Of a DNA stretch of 64,000 nucleotides, positions 39,011-52,860 are shown piece after piece. Position 1 is the stretch's first letter. Each line of letters starts with the position of its first letter. The stretch spans positions 54,560,001 through 54,624,000 of the forward strand of contig NC_042997.1 in NCBI RefSeq assembly GCF_006345805.1, read 5' to 3'. The position numbers were made by a program, and so were the translations under genes. The DNA comes from Octopus sinensis. Lineage: Eukaryota. The notes below the pieces were generated by a model that saw only the letters and a list, made by a program, of their open reading frames with translations, had not been told where the DNA came from and did no database searches.

Positions 39011-39381
39011 TGTATGTATGTATGTATGTATGTATGTATGTATGTATGTATGGATGTATGTATGTATGCATGTATGTACGTATTTATGTATGTAACTGCG
39101 TGAGGGTATATATGTGTGAGTGTGTGTGCATATGTATGTGAGTGAGTGTGTATGTATGGGTGTGTGTATATATATACACACACATATATGCGTAGCTATG
39201 GTTGCGCAGTTAAGAAGATCGCATCACAACCACTTGGTTTTAGGTTCTGTCCGACTGTATGGCACCTAGGCCAGTGTCTTCTATTATAGTCCTAGCTAGG
39301 TAATGCCCTATGAGTGAATTTGGTTGATAGAAACTGTGTGGAAGCCCATAGTATATATACATACATACATACATACATACA

Positions 39382-39414
<33 letters not shown>

Positions 39415-39604
39415 TTGTGAATAAATAATACCAAAAATTTTTCCCATACCCTGTTTTGTTATGTAATTACTATGTAAAAATATTTTTTCCAGTGGTTTTC
39501 AACTCTTATGCATATCTACATACTACTTTGGAGTACTGGAATAAATAGATGAGCTTCAAGAGGGCACAACTATCTACATAATTATATATCAGAGGATCAG
39601 AATC

Positions 39605-40000
39605 GAAATCGATCAATGGAAATCGATCAATGGAAATTGCAGATGTGTTACCAGTGCCGGTGGCATGTAAGAGAACTTTCCGTTTCGCGACCGTTGCCAG
39701 CACCGCCCCGTTTCGTGTCCGTTGCCAGCCTCGCCTGGCCCTCGTGCCGGTGGCACATAAAAAGCACCATCCGTTCGTGGCCGTTTGCCAGCTCTGTCTG
39801 GCACCAGTGCGGGTGGCACGTAAAAAGCACCCACTACACTCACGGAGTGGTTGGCGTTAGGAAGGGCATCCAGCCGTAGAAACACTGCCAGATTTGACTG
39901 GGCCTGATGAAGCCTTCTGGCTTCACAGACCCCAGTAGAACCGTCCAACCCATGCTAGCATGGAAAACGGACGCTAAATGATGATGATGATGATGATGAT
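39605..40000 (+). mobile_element. RTE 3'-UTR/tail fragment
   Basis: Same tail family; ends acggacgctaaa(tga)n. Confidence 0.85.
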
Positions 40001-41745
40001 ATATATAAGTAAAAGTAAAAAAATGATATCTACATATGTATACTGCGTATACAGAGAAAGAGGTGGTGAGGTGGGGCAGAAGGTGGATCCATCATGTTGA
40101 TAGAAAGATGGTAGGTAAAACTTGCCCATTTTCATATGATTTAGAATGTTTGTGTGCGTATGGCAGCTGCACTCTCTCATATACATATGTAGTATACCAT
40201 ATACTAATGTTAAAACCCTATGAGGGACAGCAATTACTCAGAGATTAAATATTTTCTGGTACTGAAAAAAACAAAAAAGATCTAGTCTCAAAAATAGTTT
40301 TGTTTTGTATTATAAAAATATAGTCATGGCAAAAAAAAAAATAATAAAGAAAGAAAGAAATAAGAAGAGATTAAAAAAGACCTAGCAGTTATAGAGTGTG
40401 GATAATTTTAGCAGCATATTATTCATGAGTAAGAAGGGCGTGGTGTGTTTTCTTGATATATGTATGACTGTATCTTATGACTGTTGAATAATACTAAGTC
40501 ATTACATTACATGATACAAGGTTACCATGCAAATTAGTTACAAAGACGTTACATGTGTTGCAGAGGTCACCAAGCTTGTTTTTGTGAAAAGAATCATCTA
40601 TATAAGAATGTGTATAATTATAGAATAGTGTGTAATTAGAGATAACAAAAAACTGGATGTTAATAAACACTTAGATGTATGGGCAAACGAATAAAACCTT
40701 GAGGTACACCAAAGTTGACAACGGTGGGCAGGAAGAGCTCTACTGATATATATTACAGTGAACAAACAAAACTCCAGATCAAAGAGATAAAAGATCACTG
40801 AGATTCGTATGTCAGTAACTCGTCTCTTAATGTATCAGTCAAAAAGTTTTCCTAAACAATATTTCTACAAGTTTAAAATTTAAATTGAAAGTAACTCATG
40901 AACTAGTTTTATTCATTTTTAATTTTTCTTTGTGCGGTTATACTATCTCTTTAAGCCTGTTCTGATTGTATCTGAAATATAACAAAAAAATTCATGGTTC
41001 TCCACCACCCCTTCTCATCTTCTATTCTCACTATGTTATATATGACACACAATATCTCTAATTGTATAGTACTGCATACAATATCACTAGTTGCTTTCTA
41101 TTGCACATGATCTAGTTGGTGTGTGAGTCATAGGCTATAAATAGTTATTTTCTCTCTTCTAAATCTTGTCTGTTGTGTCCAATTTTACTGTAAATGCTAT
41201 GTGGACAATTCCAAAATCCTATATAATAAGTTGCTTCAATGAAAATGATCTAAGAAAAAAAAAAAGAGAACTTCATTATTAATAATTTACAGAAGGGTAA
41301 CAACCTACAAATTATTTTGACAACCATGAAAAACTGTTCCTTTTAGTACTCCAGTCATCATCATCAAAATCATTTCTACATCCTGTTGTCCATGGGTCAG
41401 ACAGAATTCACTGAGGCAGATTTTCTACAACAGATGTCCTTCATGTGAGCATCACTCAGCTGCTTCCTAGCAGAGACATGAGTAGTTTAAGGGAATATTA
41501 ACTCCTATAACTTTGATTACTGTTATTGAGAATATGGGAAATGGTTGAGTCAATAGAGTGCCAAGCACAATAGTTTTCACCATTTGGTTTTGTTTTTTTT
41601 ATGTTCCTAGTTCAAATACTACTGGGACTGACTTAGCTTTCATCAATCCAGAGTAAATAAAATGTCCATTTTGATACGATTACATCAGTATACTCCTTCT
41701 CCAAAATGTGCTATTTTAGGTTAATGTAAGAATTTGTTGTTGTTG

Positions 41746-41813
<68 letters not shown>

Positions 41814-41822
41814 GCTTCTAAA

Positions 41823-42040
41823 AGGCAGCGAGCTGGCAGAATCATCAGCACACTGGACGAAATGCTCAGCAGTATTTTGTCTGTCTTCACATTCTGAGTT
41901 CAAATGCCGCCAAGGTTGACTTTGCCTTTCATCCTTTTGGGGGTTGATAAATTAAGTACCAGTGGAACACTGGTGTCGATGTAATTGACTAATCCCCTCC
42001 CCTAAAATGGCTGCCGTTGTGACAAAATTTGAAACCATTA
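41823..42040 (+). mobile_element. tRNA-derived SINE, family B, next to a (TTA)n array (41737-41814)
   Basis: ggcagcgagctggcagaatc...gagttcaaatgccgcc (B box)...gcctttcatcc...gataaattaagtaccag. Confidence 0.8.
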
Positions 42041-42789
42041 TTGTTATTGCTTTAGTAGATCTTTCACTTCCCAGTTCCAAGTGCTCAGACTCCCCACACT
42101 CTTCTTATTGTTCTTTTATCTTTGGGAGGAGTAAAATCAATCCTTAAATATTACCAAAATGAAGTAGATTGAAATGATTATTTTGAACTTGTGGAAGACA
42201 TACAAAATATTGAAATATTGATCATTCGATAACAGTCACACTCTTCTTGTATTATTATTATTATCATATTTTAAAAGGATTGATGTAACTCTTCACAAAG
42301 GTAAACAGACAAGATGAAGAGTGTGATGTGATTGTAAAAGTCATAATTTTTAGTCGTCTTTCTAGGAGTAATCCATTTCTGGGTGGGTGATAGAAAGTGA
42401 GTGACTTGTGATTTTTGTAGGCATTTGAAAAACCTTTACTTTTGAAGAAGGAACAAATTTATTGTTTACGAGGTAAAATTTCTCACATTTTTGACTGATC
42501 AAATAAAAACTTCTCTGGAGCGTTTCCAATGAATTATGTTTGTTTGTGGTGAGTACAGTTATTAGCACAAATAACAGTGTCATACTCACCACAAACAAAC
42601 ATGATTCCTACAGTTCAACAAATTCATATTACTAATCCCTAAGTTGACGCATAGAATTGTGGCCTTTTTGTCCTGGTGTATGCATTTGAACTGGTCATTG
42701 GAAATGCTCTAAGAGAAGTTTTTATTTCGTCAGTCAAAAATGCAAGCACATTTAAGATTTTGCCTTGAAAATGTTATGGTTTATATAGA

Positions 42790-43085
42790 AGGTGGGACAT
42801 GTAGAGATTTCCATTTGGTGTACGTGGCAGAATGCATGAAATACAACTTGATTTATGTTGTTTGTACAACAGAACAATTAAACAAAAGATTTAATGGGCA
42901 CAGATACTATGTCAGGCACAATAACAGTAGTTTGACAGATCTTACTGAACATTTTGCTTCAAACAGCTGCAATTTTGAGAAAGACTAGAAAATGCATATT
43001 CTCAGAAAATATTCTGAATCTGCTACACTTTTGAGACTCAAAATGTGTGAGGAGAAATATTAACATCATGCCCTAGAGGAATGAA
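42790..43085 (+). mobile_element. Penelope-like element GIY-YIG endonuclease remnant
   Basis: TCRDFHLVYVAECMKYNLIYVVCTTEQLNKRFNGHR...LTEHF...F fits the PLE pattern TC.S.N+VY+..C..C...YVG.T...L..RFNGHR. Confidence 0.65.
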
Positions 43086-45019
43086 TAAAATGACAGGAGG
43101 ATTTCATCAAATTTACACAAAAACTGATTAAATATTCTTCTTCTTTTTCCTTTTCTTTTTTCTTTTCTTTTTTTCTGTCTTCTTTTTGCCAGTTATAAAA
43201 TTGAAGCTTAAAGACTGATGATGTCATTCCATCAACATGTGGATGCTGGTTGCTCTCGTTCATATTTTAGATTTGAATTTCTACAATTTTGATTTTTTAT
43301 CACTTTTTATTTTGAACTCAACAAAGACAGGCTTGCTGTCGAAGTATCGTTCAACCAATCCTTCAAACACTCATATTATGAAAATGGACAGGAGAGACTA
43401 CCATCGTTGTCATCATCATTATTATTAGTAGTAGTGGTAATAAAGGGCAGTGAATTGGTAAAATTGTTAGGGCATCAGATAAAATACCTTGTGGTATTTC
43501 TCTTAGCTCTTTACTTTTTGAGACCAAGATCAGCATTGCCTTTCATCTCTCCAAGGTCAATAAAGTAAAGTACAAGTCAAATACAGGTTAATTCAATAAA
43601 CTAATCTACTCTCCCTAAAATTGCTGGCCCTGTACCTAAATCAGAAATGATTATTTGGGTAATATTTGCAATTGAACCACAAATTTGTATGGAGCATGGG
43701 GTAAAGTCAATTGAATTGACCCCCAATATATGCTAGGTACTTATTGACATCAAAAGGATAGTTAGTGTAATATTTCTGATAAGATTTGAACTCAAAGCAC
43801 TGAGGGATAGAACTAAATACTGAAAGGTATTTAGTTTGATACATCACTATTTTTTTACCTTTCCATCATAAGCCACTGAGGGAGTCTTTATGTGGTTGCT
43901 TTGAAATAACAACCACATCTCCTTCAAAATTATACTCCACTGTCTTATTTTAGGACAAAATACATTAAACAATGTAATTACTACATGCTTCAAAAAAGGT
44001 GTGATGGTCATGAGTGGAATGACTCAGATAAAAGATTTGCTTGCTTCAGGAGGGTTAACCTGGAACTAAACAATAGCTACAACAGACAACAACCATCTGT
44101 TTTCTTATTTGAAAAATGTTAACATCACAAAAGTCATAAATCAGGTAAGAGAAACATGTCAAATAAACTTTTCCTAAGTAAGGATGGAGATAGCCAAGAC
44201 ATTAAAACTCTGACCAGGATACTTTACTATAACTATCCAATCCTAATAGAATATATGAAACAAATGTCTATTTAAAGAAAGGGAGTAAAAGATATACTGG
44301 GTATAATAGAGGGAGAATAACTGTCCAGTTCACAAATGCTTAATTGGAAGGGGTAATGTTTCTTCGGTTTTTTTTTTTTTTCTTCTTTGGCTTGAAATTC
44401 CAAATTGAGAAAAACAAATTAGCAGAAGAGTATAAAACAAACTAAATAATTAACATTTTTTGAAATAGTTTTACATAAAAATTCAGATTTTATTTTAATA
44501 TGAAACGAATTTTGATCTCAGTTTTTTTTTAGTTTTAACAGTTTGCTATTTCAAACTAAGAAAGAAAGAAATTACATCCACAATTAAAATATTATTAGCC
44601 TGTTTAGTTATCAATTATTTTAAGGTGATTACAAAATTCAATTGACCTGATCAGTAAGTTACACAAGTTAAGCTGGTTGCAGCACCAGAGACTCTCCAGA
44701 CCTCTCAATGATTTTGACATTAATATTTTGTGTTCAAACATCGTTGATAGTCAAACCTTGCCTGTAAACAGGGATTATCTCCCCTACCTACTAATAGTAA
44801 TTCTGTAGTTTATCAGGAGTAATAAACATTTGGTTATTCCTAAGTCGATAAAGCTTAACGACTTCTTACCTTCCCCTCGTTTTTTCCTTATATCATTGTA
44901 ATCAATTGAGGCAGTGGTGGTGAGGGATTGGATTTGTTTCTTTTGCTTATAATTTTTTTTATATAGTTTTCACATAATTGTGTAAGAAGGAATGAAGAGA
45001 ATGAGAGACTAAATTTCCA

Positions 45020-45165
45020 TCATCTCTTGCAAGACTTCGCCAGTCTACGCATGTGTCGTTCTACAACAGATTTAAGTGGAAATATAACAACATGTTTGTC
45101 AAGACGAACGGGACCCATTTCTTTGAATTTTGGCCCAGCTTTCATTCGCATTAAGACTCGACGTC
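45020..45165 (-). CDS. Candidate terminal coding exon of an unidentified gene (xRRVLMRMKAGPKFKEMGPVRLDKHVVIFPLKSVVERHMRRLAKSCKR*)
   Basis: Non-repetitive sequence after a good acceptor (tttgcgtttcatttcag). One frame is open for 47 codons with protein-like composition, while the other two stop early. I do not recognise a homologue. Confidence 0.4.
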
Positions 45166-45621
45166 CTGAAATGAAACGCAAAAGGCAATTTTAAGTGAGG
45201 AGTTAATTTGACATCACTAAAAGTACAGAGGTAACGGTGGAAAGAGAAGTAAAGATAATAATGTATTTAGACTATCAAATTTCAAAAGGTCTTGGAGTTA
45301 ATATTTACACATAGGAAGATATTTTATAGACATAGCCATCTCAATTCTTGATGGTTATCTGTAAGGGACTTGTCAAAACAGGTGATTGGCTTGCCATCTT
45401 GTCTGAAGAATGTTCCAAAAGCATTACATTTCAAGCTTGTTGATATGGAGAATTTTGAAACTGTCACATAATTTAGTACCTAAATTTTACTGCCATATGT
45501 CAACAACATTCTGATTTACAGAGTAAAGAAATCTTTTTGCTAATGGAAGCAGCAGTTTCCCAAACCCCTCTTATCTATTTAATACTTAAATTGCTGTACA
45601 ATAAATATAATTATCTTAACC

Positions 45622-46005
45622 AAGGCGCAGGAGTGGCTGTGTGGTAAGTAGCTTGCTAACCAACCACATGGTTCCGGGTTCAGTCCCACTGCGTGGCATC
45701 TTGGGCAAGTGTCTTCTGCTATAGCCCTGGGCCGACCAATGCCTTGTGAGTGGATTTGGTAGACGGAAACTGAAAGAAGCCTGTCGTATATATGTGTGTT
45801 TGTGTGTCTGTTTGTTCCCCTAGCATTGCTTGACAACCGTTGCTGGTGTGTTTACGTCCCCGTCACTTAGCAGTTCGGCAAAAGAGACTGATAGAATAAG
45901 TACTGGGCTTACAAAGAATAAGTCCCAGGGTCGAGTTGCTCGACTAAAGGTGATGCTCCAGCATGGCCGCAGTCAAATGACTGAAACAAGTAAAAAAAGA
46001 AAAGA
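45622..46005 (+). mobile_element. tRNA-derived SINE, family A (young, full length)
   Basis: GGCGCAGGAGTGGCTGTGTGGTAAG...GGTTCAGTCCC; CpGs retained; A-rich end. Confidence 0.9.
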
Positions 46006-46644
46006 GTAAATGAAAGAGGATTTTTTTTTTTTTTTGTGGTTGCTTGATCCATTACAAAGTGCAGGGTGCAATTTGAGACCAATTTGCTACTATTTAAAAG
46101 GAAAATGGGTAAGTCAAGGCTTGAATGTCTTTATCTATAGGAGTATGTCATCATCTGACATATTTGACTTTAAATCAAAAGCCATATGCTCATGAATTGG
46201 GTTTTTATTACAGTTGCTGCTGTAAGCTTTAGTTGCTAGACTAATGGCTACATGGTCAGATGTTCAAACCTTAGTATAGTTAAAGTATTTAATTCCATTC
46301 TATTTGTGAGCTTATTGAAGAACATATAAATAAACTGGTTAAGGGGTATTTAACTGGTAGAGATGCTATGGTATTTCTAAATAAAGCTCACATTTTTATG
46401 GGAGAAATAGAATAAATTCAAATAAACATCCACAAAGATGCTGAAATAGTATAAGTATACTAGTATTGTAATTAGGAATGTTCATACTTCACATTGTATA
46501 CATCATCAAAAGCCATAGCTTTACAGATTTCAAAGAAAACAATGCACTACAAGTATTAAGTCAAATCTGATTAGTCTGCATTATTCTGTAAGGAGCATAA
46601 TGCTGGTTTCTCTAATGTATGTGTATATATATATATTTATCAAA

Positions 46645-47210
46645 TTTCTCTATCTGGCTATCTTATCTAATCTTATTCATTTCTCCTCTCGTCCTCGTAT
46701 GTAATCAACATTCGTATCTTCGCGGTGCACCCGCCCTACCCACCACCAATACCGGATATCTATATTTTGCTCCATCTATACCGGATGTCGCTTCTCCCAC
46801 CACCATTATAGGTGTCTACTCTTCGAACCCCCCCTCTTCAATACGCTATTTCACCATGCATTACCCCTCTCTCGATATCCTACGTTCTACTTGCCTAGAA
46901 CCTGTCATCATTTCTCTGAACCACCCCTCCCCACTGGTGCTCCCCTATATTTCTGCACCCCCCCCACATAAAAAGCACCATCCGAACGTGGCCGATGCCA
47001 GACCCCTCTGGCACCTGTGCAGGTGGCACGTAAAAAACACCCACTACACTCGCGGAGTGGTTGGCGTTAGGAAGGGCATCCAGCTGTAGAAACACTGCCA
47101 GACTAGACTGGAGCCTGGGGCAGTCCCGAGCTCCCCAGACCCCGGTCGAAACCGTCCAACCCGTGCTAGCGCGGAAAACGGACGTTAAATGATGATGATG
47201 ATGATGATGA
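46645..47210 (+). mobile_element. Young RTE-tailed non-autonomous element (CpG-rich pyrimidine body joined to the RTE tail)
   Basis: The body 46645-46955 joins at a C-run to acataaaaagcaccatcc...acggacgttaaa(tga)n. Confidence 0.65.
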
Positions 47211-48734
47211 GATCAATGCCTGATCAGACTAAATCTTGCTACTGAATGTGTGTGTGTGTGTGTGTGAGTGTGAAGAGGGTTGATAAAATATACAATAAGA
47301 ATGTACTGAAGTTGACTCCACTAACTATACTGAAATTGGCCTTGTATTTAGTGAAAAGAAATCTAGGTTATGGTGGAGACCTGTACTTACGCTTATTATA
47401 ATTAAACAGAATAGATGACTGCAAAGTTATTGTTGCTTATATACAAAGCAAATAATGGCATTATACTTTGTCTTACTTGATCGACTAAAGTTTTCAATAA
47501 TATCATTTTCTTATATATTCTTTACAAGAGATTTGATTTGAAATTGTGTTTTGAAATAAAAAATAAAAAATGTTTATTTTGAATGATAAAGGAATGTCTT
47601 ATTTTGTTACTTTGCCAATTAATAAAAACACAGTTATTTATTGAGTTTATTCATTAGTGTTATCATCAGAGTATTTCATCACATCCTATGACCTATCCGG
47701 TGATAGCTAGAGTATCTCTTCCTATAAAGATTGCTATATAGATCACAGGAGTATCATGATGATAATTGTAACACATAAATCTCAATCTTTAAAGATCAGT
47801 GAACAGAGATGATGCAGATAAGTATTAAAAAATGCTGAAATCTCTAAAGACAAAAATAGAGAAAAATAAAACAGAGAAAGAAAACTACCTCCATTACCTT
47901 TGGTTATAATTTGTTTAGAGAAAATGTGAGGTTTTCTTTAAATGATATAATGATATTGGTTAGTAATTGTTAGCATGGAACCTTATTGTTGAGAAAGTTC
48001 AAGGATTGTTGAGCTAACGCACATATCAGATAACAATGGTCAAGTGTTTGCAACAATGGCATCAACACTTATAAAATATTGGCACAATACTTATGCAATA
48101 TGGTTGATAAGAAATATTCTGAATTGATAACAAGAATAGCAATCAATAAATATATATGAGACCTCTTAATATATAAAGACAGCTGTTGCTGGATTTGTTT
48201 TTCAATGGTCTATGCGAGTCTTCAGACATTACATGAAACAACAAAGAAAAATATTGATAAAGATAAACAAACAAGCAATCATGTATTTAATAAAGATAAT
48301 TTTTTCTTTAATACATATTTTTTCTTCAAACTGAGTTCTGAAATAAAGATTATTTTTTTGATTTTCAGCTCCCTTTTAAAATATGTGCTAAACTATTTTA
48401 ACCTTTGCTTCCATTATTTATTTAATTATATACAGTACCAGAATTATGGCTCATTAGTTAAACATCTGGTAAGCACTCCAAAGATTGCTGATCTAAATGT
48501 CAGACCTATTCCACACACTAATCATGTATAGGCAGAAATGAGCTGTTGTAGTACCAACAAGGTAGAGTATGTTGTGAATAACAAACCTTTACTGATGCTT
48601 AGCAAAAGTGCTTGCCTTAAGCAAAGTCTTGCATGCTACTTATATGGAAAATTCAAAAGCAGCTAAAATAAAAGAGTGGAAGTAAGATATAAAACCTTCA
48701 TTACTCAAATTCTGAAAATATTAGACACACACAC

Positions 48735-48816
<82 letters not shown>

Positions 48817-49016
48817 ACACACACACACACAGTTCAAATTTACAGGCAAACAAAAGATGAAGACAGGTGTTGCAACAAGAAGCAGATGTATTAGTTTAAC
48901 ACTTGGGCAAACAGGAAAAGTCTTTCACATTTCAAGCCTATGCTCTTCGACTGAAAGAGTGAAAAAAGGAGAGAGAAAAAAACAGTGTAGAGTTCAGCAG
49001 TCCAATATGGTGTATG

Positions 49017-49068
<52 letters not shown>

Positions 49069-49089
49069 ATATATATATATATATATCTA

Positions 49090-49124
<35 letters not shown>

Positions 49125-49277
49125 CCATAGAAGATGGACGTTAAATGATGATAGCGTTGATGATATACATATATACCTGCATACATACATTCGTACACAC
49201 ATACACACACATACATATATACATACATATGTACATACATACTTACATACATACATTCATATGTATATATTTATACG

Positions 49278-49340
<63 letters not shown>

Positions 49341-49735
49341 TATATATACATACATATATGTATATATTATACGTATATATATATATATGTAAATATATGT
49401 TGAACTCTTTGTGGAAGACAATGAATGAGTTTTTCAGCTTTTTCTGAATGACCTGCACGAATGATTTGTTTATAGGGATTAAATGCTTGTGCTGCACATT
49501 AGCGCACTCACTCCATCAAATCAACATTGTCTGAATAGATATACTGTGAACCATGTGTCAAGAGTTGAAGTGATTGCAGAGCAATGTGCGATGAAGTGCT
49601 TTGCTCAAGAACACAACACACCACCCAGTCTAGGAATTGAAATCACAATGTAGCGATTGTGAGTGCAACACCTTAACAACTAAGCCATACATATGTATGT
49701 ATGTACGTATGTATGTATGTATGTATGTATACATA

Positions 49736-49814
<79 letters not shown>

Positions 49815-49819
<5 letters not shown>

Positions 49820-50560
49820 AAGTGCATTTCAGAAGTTTTGAGACATTTATTAATTCCAATACAAACTCTAATATCTGTCAAAGAAGGATTCTCTGACTTC
49901 AATGCATTTGTTGTAGCACTCCAGTCACATTGTGAAGGACCCATGGAAATCCTCCAAAGTGGAGGTGTCCAGGACTTTTGCCACAACTTCATCTTCTTCA
50001 GCTTGGGGAACAACCAAAAGACACAGGGATTGTTTCCCATCTCCGTCGAGTAGTTAGTTACCAGGATGGTATAGTGGGATGGTGCATTGACTTGGTGTAG
50101 GTGGTCTGGTCTTTTGCAATGAAATCTTTTTCTGAACTTACTCAAAACCTCTATGAAGTACACTTTGTTTAGTGTTCCCAGAGGGAACTAAGTGGATGTA
50201 GATGATGTTCTTGCTGTCAAACAGGGAGATCATGAGCTTATAGGTGGATTTGCTTTGCCTGGCCACATGTGCCAGAGAAAAAATATGCTTGACTTATACA
50301 AGTTAATCCTTAAGCAGACTGGAACATTTCATAAGTTTCTGCAGCATTTTTGCCCTGTTTAATACAAAATGCTATTGCATAACATGCATCCAAATTGTTT
50401 TCACATCCCAACTGTATTCTGCAAACTAGTAGCTGTGGTAAGCAGTGTTTAGTGTTCAAAGTGCTGGTACAGTTGTCTCCTTCAATCTGGAATAATAAAA
50501 GTTGGCAGGGAGGGTTATTGATGTATAGTAGTGATATACTAAAATTATAATAATCTGGGA
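49815..50560 (-). mobile_element. Fragmented mariner remnants
   Basis: Translations CIKQGKNAAETYEM (HTH start) and FWLFPKLKK. Confidence 0.55.
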
Positions 50561-50636
50561 TGGTTATAACTGCCTCTCTTACAAAGAGTCTCAAACCATC
50601 TGGAATGTACCCTGTACACCACACACACAACCCAAA

Positions 50637-50668
<32 letters not shown>

Positions 50669-50789
50669 ACACGCACACACACATGTTTGGGCTAAATTTG
50701 TCAGTTTGCATAAAAAGAAGGCACAATATCCCATCTACGATTAAAATATTTTAAAAAGGAAAAAATATCAACTAATTTGTGACTGGGAG

Positions 50790-51185
50790 ACAGCTGTTTA
50801 CACAAAGCAGCTGCCTTCAGCTTCCACCACCACCTCAAGACAGCTCCAGAACCTGGCTCATGCATTCCTCATTAAAGCCCTGGCAAGATCTTCAAATACC
50901 TGCTTGATTATGGCCGCCAGCCTTGCTATGGTGTTGCAGACAGAGTGATTGGTGTCATTCTCAGTTGTGCACTACACATAGATTACGCTATAGGATTACA
51001 GTTAGGGGAATTAGGAAATCAGAAGTTGGGGCTGGTGAAGTCATAGAAATTTTACAACAATCACTTCTGACTTTTTCTGGAGCTCTGGCAAAGACCTGAA
51101 TCCTGCTGTCACACACTTGGCCTTCCAACAGCAATCCTCTCCAATCAGGGCTTAACTGCAGTCTCCAACAGTATTGTATTGCAAA
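50790..51185 (-). mobile_element. maT/DD37D-like transposase C-terminal remnant
   Basis: On - it reads approximately QQDSGLCQSSRKSQK*L..NFYDFTSPNF*FPNSPNCNP...KQVFEDL...LEVVVEAEG. Confidence 0.65.
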
Positions 51186-51359
51186 TAATTAATGACTCGC
51201 CCTCATACCCCCACCGCCAAACACACATACAAAGTGAGATAAATAAGTTGATACATTTTTAACAGGTGATTGATGTAATTCACAATAAGAAAGAGCTGTG
51301 TTGTAAACAGAGTATTGGTATTTATTGTCTTCTGACAACATGACCATATGTTATAGATA

Positions 51360-52085
51360 TATTGGGTGATTCGATAAATAATATGGTTTTTTTAATACTT
51401 CTATTGTTTTTCAAAATTAAGATAAACAAAGTTTTTTTAAAATCTAAAATATACTCTCCTTCATTTTCTACAATGCTCTTCCATTTATCTGGTGGACTTG
51501 CAAGGCCCCTCTTCCAAAATTCACTTGTTTGTGATGAAAAATACTCCTCCAGTCCTGTTCTGATCTCGTCTACAGAATTCATATTTTTCCCATCCAAATG
51601 ATTTTGAAACTGCAGAATAAATGATAACCAAATGGCACAATGTCTGGTGAATGTGGTGGGTGGGGCATTGCTTCCTATTCAAACTGCTCAAGCCTTTGGA
51701 ATGTCAATTATTGCTGCATGTGGTTGAGCATTATCCTGATGGAAGAACACTTTTCGTCTTGAAACCAAAGATGGTCATTTTCTAATGGACTACAGGTGTC
51801 AATGAATGGTTGAATGACTAAATCCACACTTCTCTGCTAGTTCCTCAACAGTTACAAAGAGATTTTGTTTCACCAGGGTTTGCAGGATATCCTCATCCAG
51901 TTCTACAGATCTTTCAGGATGAGGCTTGTCTTCCAGGCTGTAGTTTCTGGACCAGAAGTTCTGGAACCACTGCTGACACTGGCTTACTCTTATTGTCTGA
52001 TCCCCATACACTGCATTAATATTCCTCTCACTTTCCATTGCCTTTATTGAACTCATAAAGCAAAAATGCCAAATATGCGAATGGC
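51360..52085 (-). mobile_element. Internally deleted mariner (same family as 30365-31628)
   Basis: Right TIR at about 51361 (tattgggtgattcgataaataat). The HTH part (ORF 51799-52116) is joined directly to the C-terminal part (ORF 51322-51597). Confidence 0.85.
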
Positions 52086-52109
52086 AGTCAAATGTGGGCT
52101 GTACTGTAA

Positions 52110-52860
52110 AGGACATGTAAAAGCTTGAATGAAATGAAGCTAGTATGCTTCACTGGATGTGGAATGTCAGTGTGCATGAGTGATAGAGCGAGTGTCTTAA
52201 GAGAAAAAAATGGACATAAGACGCATCTAATGTGATGTGTGAGGGAGAATGTGCTGGTATGGTTATGTAATATGTATGGATGAGAAGAGTAGTGTAAAGA
52301 AGTGCTGATATCTAACTGTGAAGGGAACCAGTGGATGAAGTAGGCCCAGGAAGACATGAGATGAGGCAATGAATATTGGGCCTAATGGAGGCGATGACTA
52401 GTGACAGAGACCTTTGGCGATATTCTGTGCATAGGAAGACTTGTCAAGCTGAGTAAAATTGTAGTTGCAGCTGTGGCTGGCATCATGTAAACAGCACATG
52501 TGAAATTGTAATTGTGGTTGCTGCTGGTAGCATAATCTTCAAATGTTGGGCCTCACAGAAGCTATGACAAGTGACCAAGACTGTGGCAATATGCTGCGCT
52601 TGAGAAAACGCATCAAGCCAATTGTAGTTGTGACTGTTGCCAGTGTCATGTAAATGGCTCCCATACTGGTGGCACGTAAAAAGCACCCACTGCACTTTTG
52701 GAGTGGCCGGCATTAGGAAGGGCATCCGGCTGTAGAAACTATGCCAAATCAGACTGGAGCCTGGTACAGCTCCCCAGCTTGCTAGTTCTAGTCAAACCGT
52801 CTAACCCATGCCAGCATGAAAAGTGGATGTTAAGTGATGATGATGACGATGATGATGATC
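52110..52860 (+). mobile_element. Degenerate RTE 3' portion (ORF2 end, 3' UTR, tail)
   Basis: aatgaagctagtatgcttcactggatgtggaatgtcagtgtgcat corresponds to NEASMLRWMCNVSVH; (tga)n tail at about 52835. Confidence 0.75.

Noticed and set aside
40690-40745. Possible 45-nt exon ELFLPTVVNFGVPQG on -
   Set aside because: It is too short, and GVPQG equally resembles a LINE RT motif.
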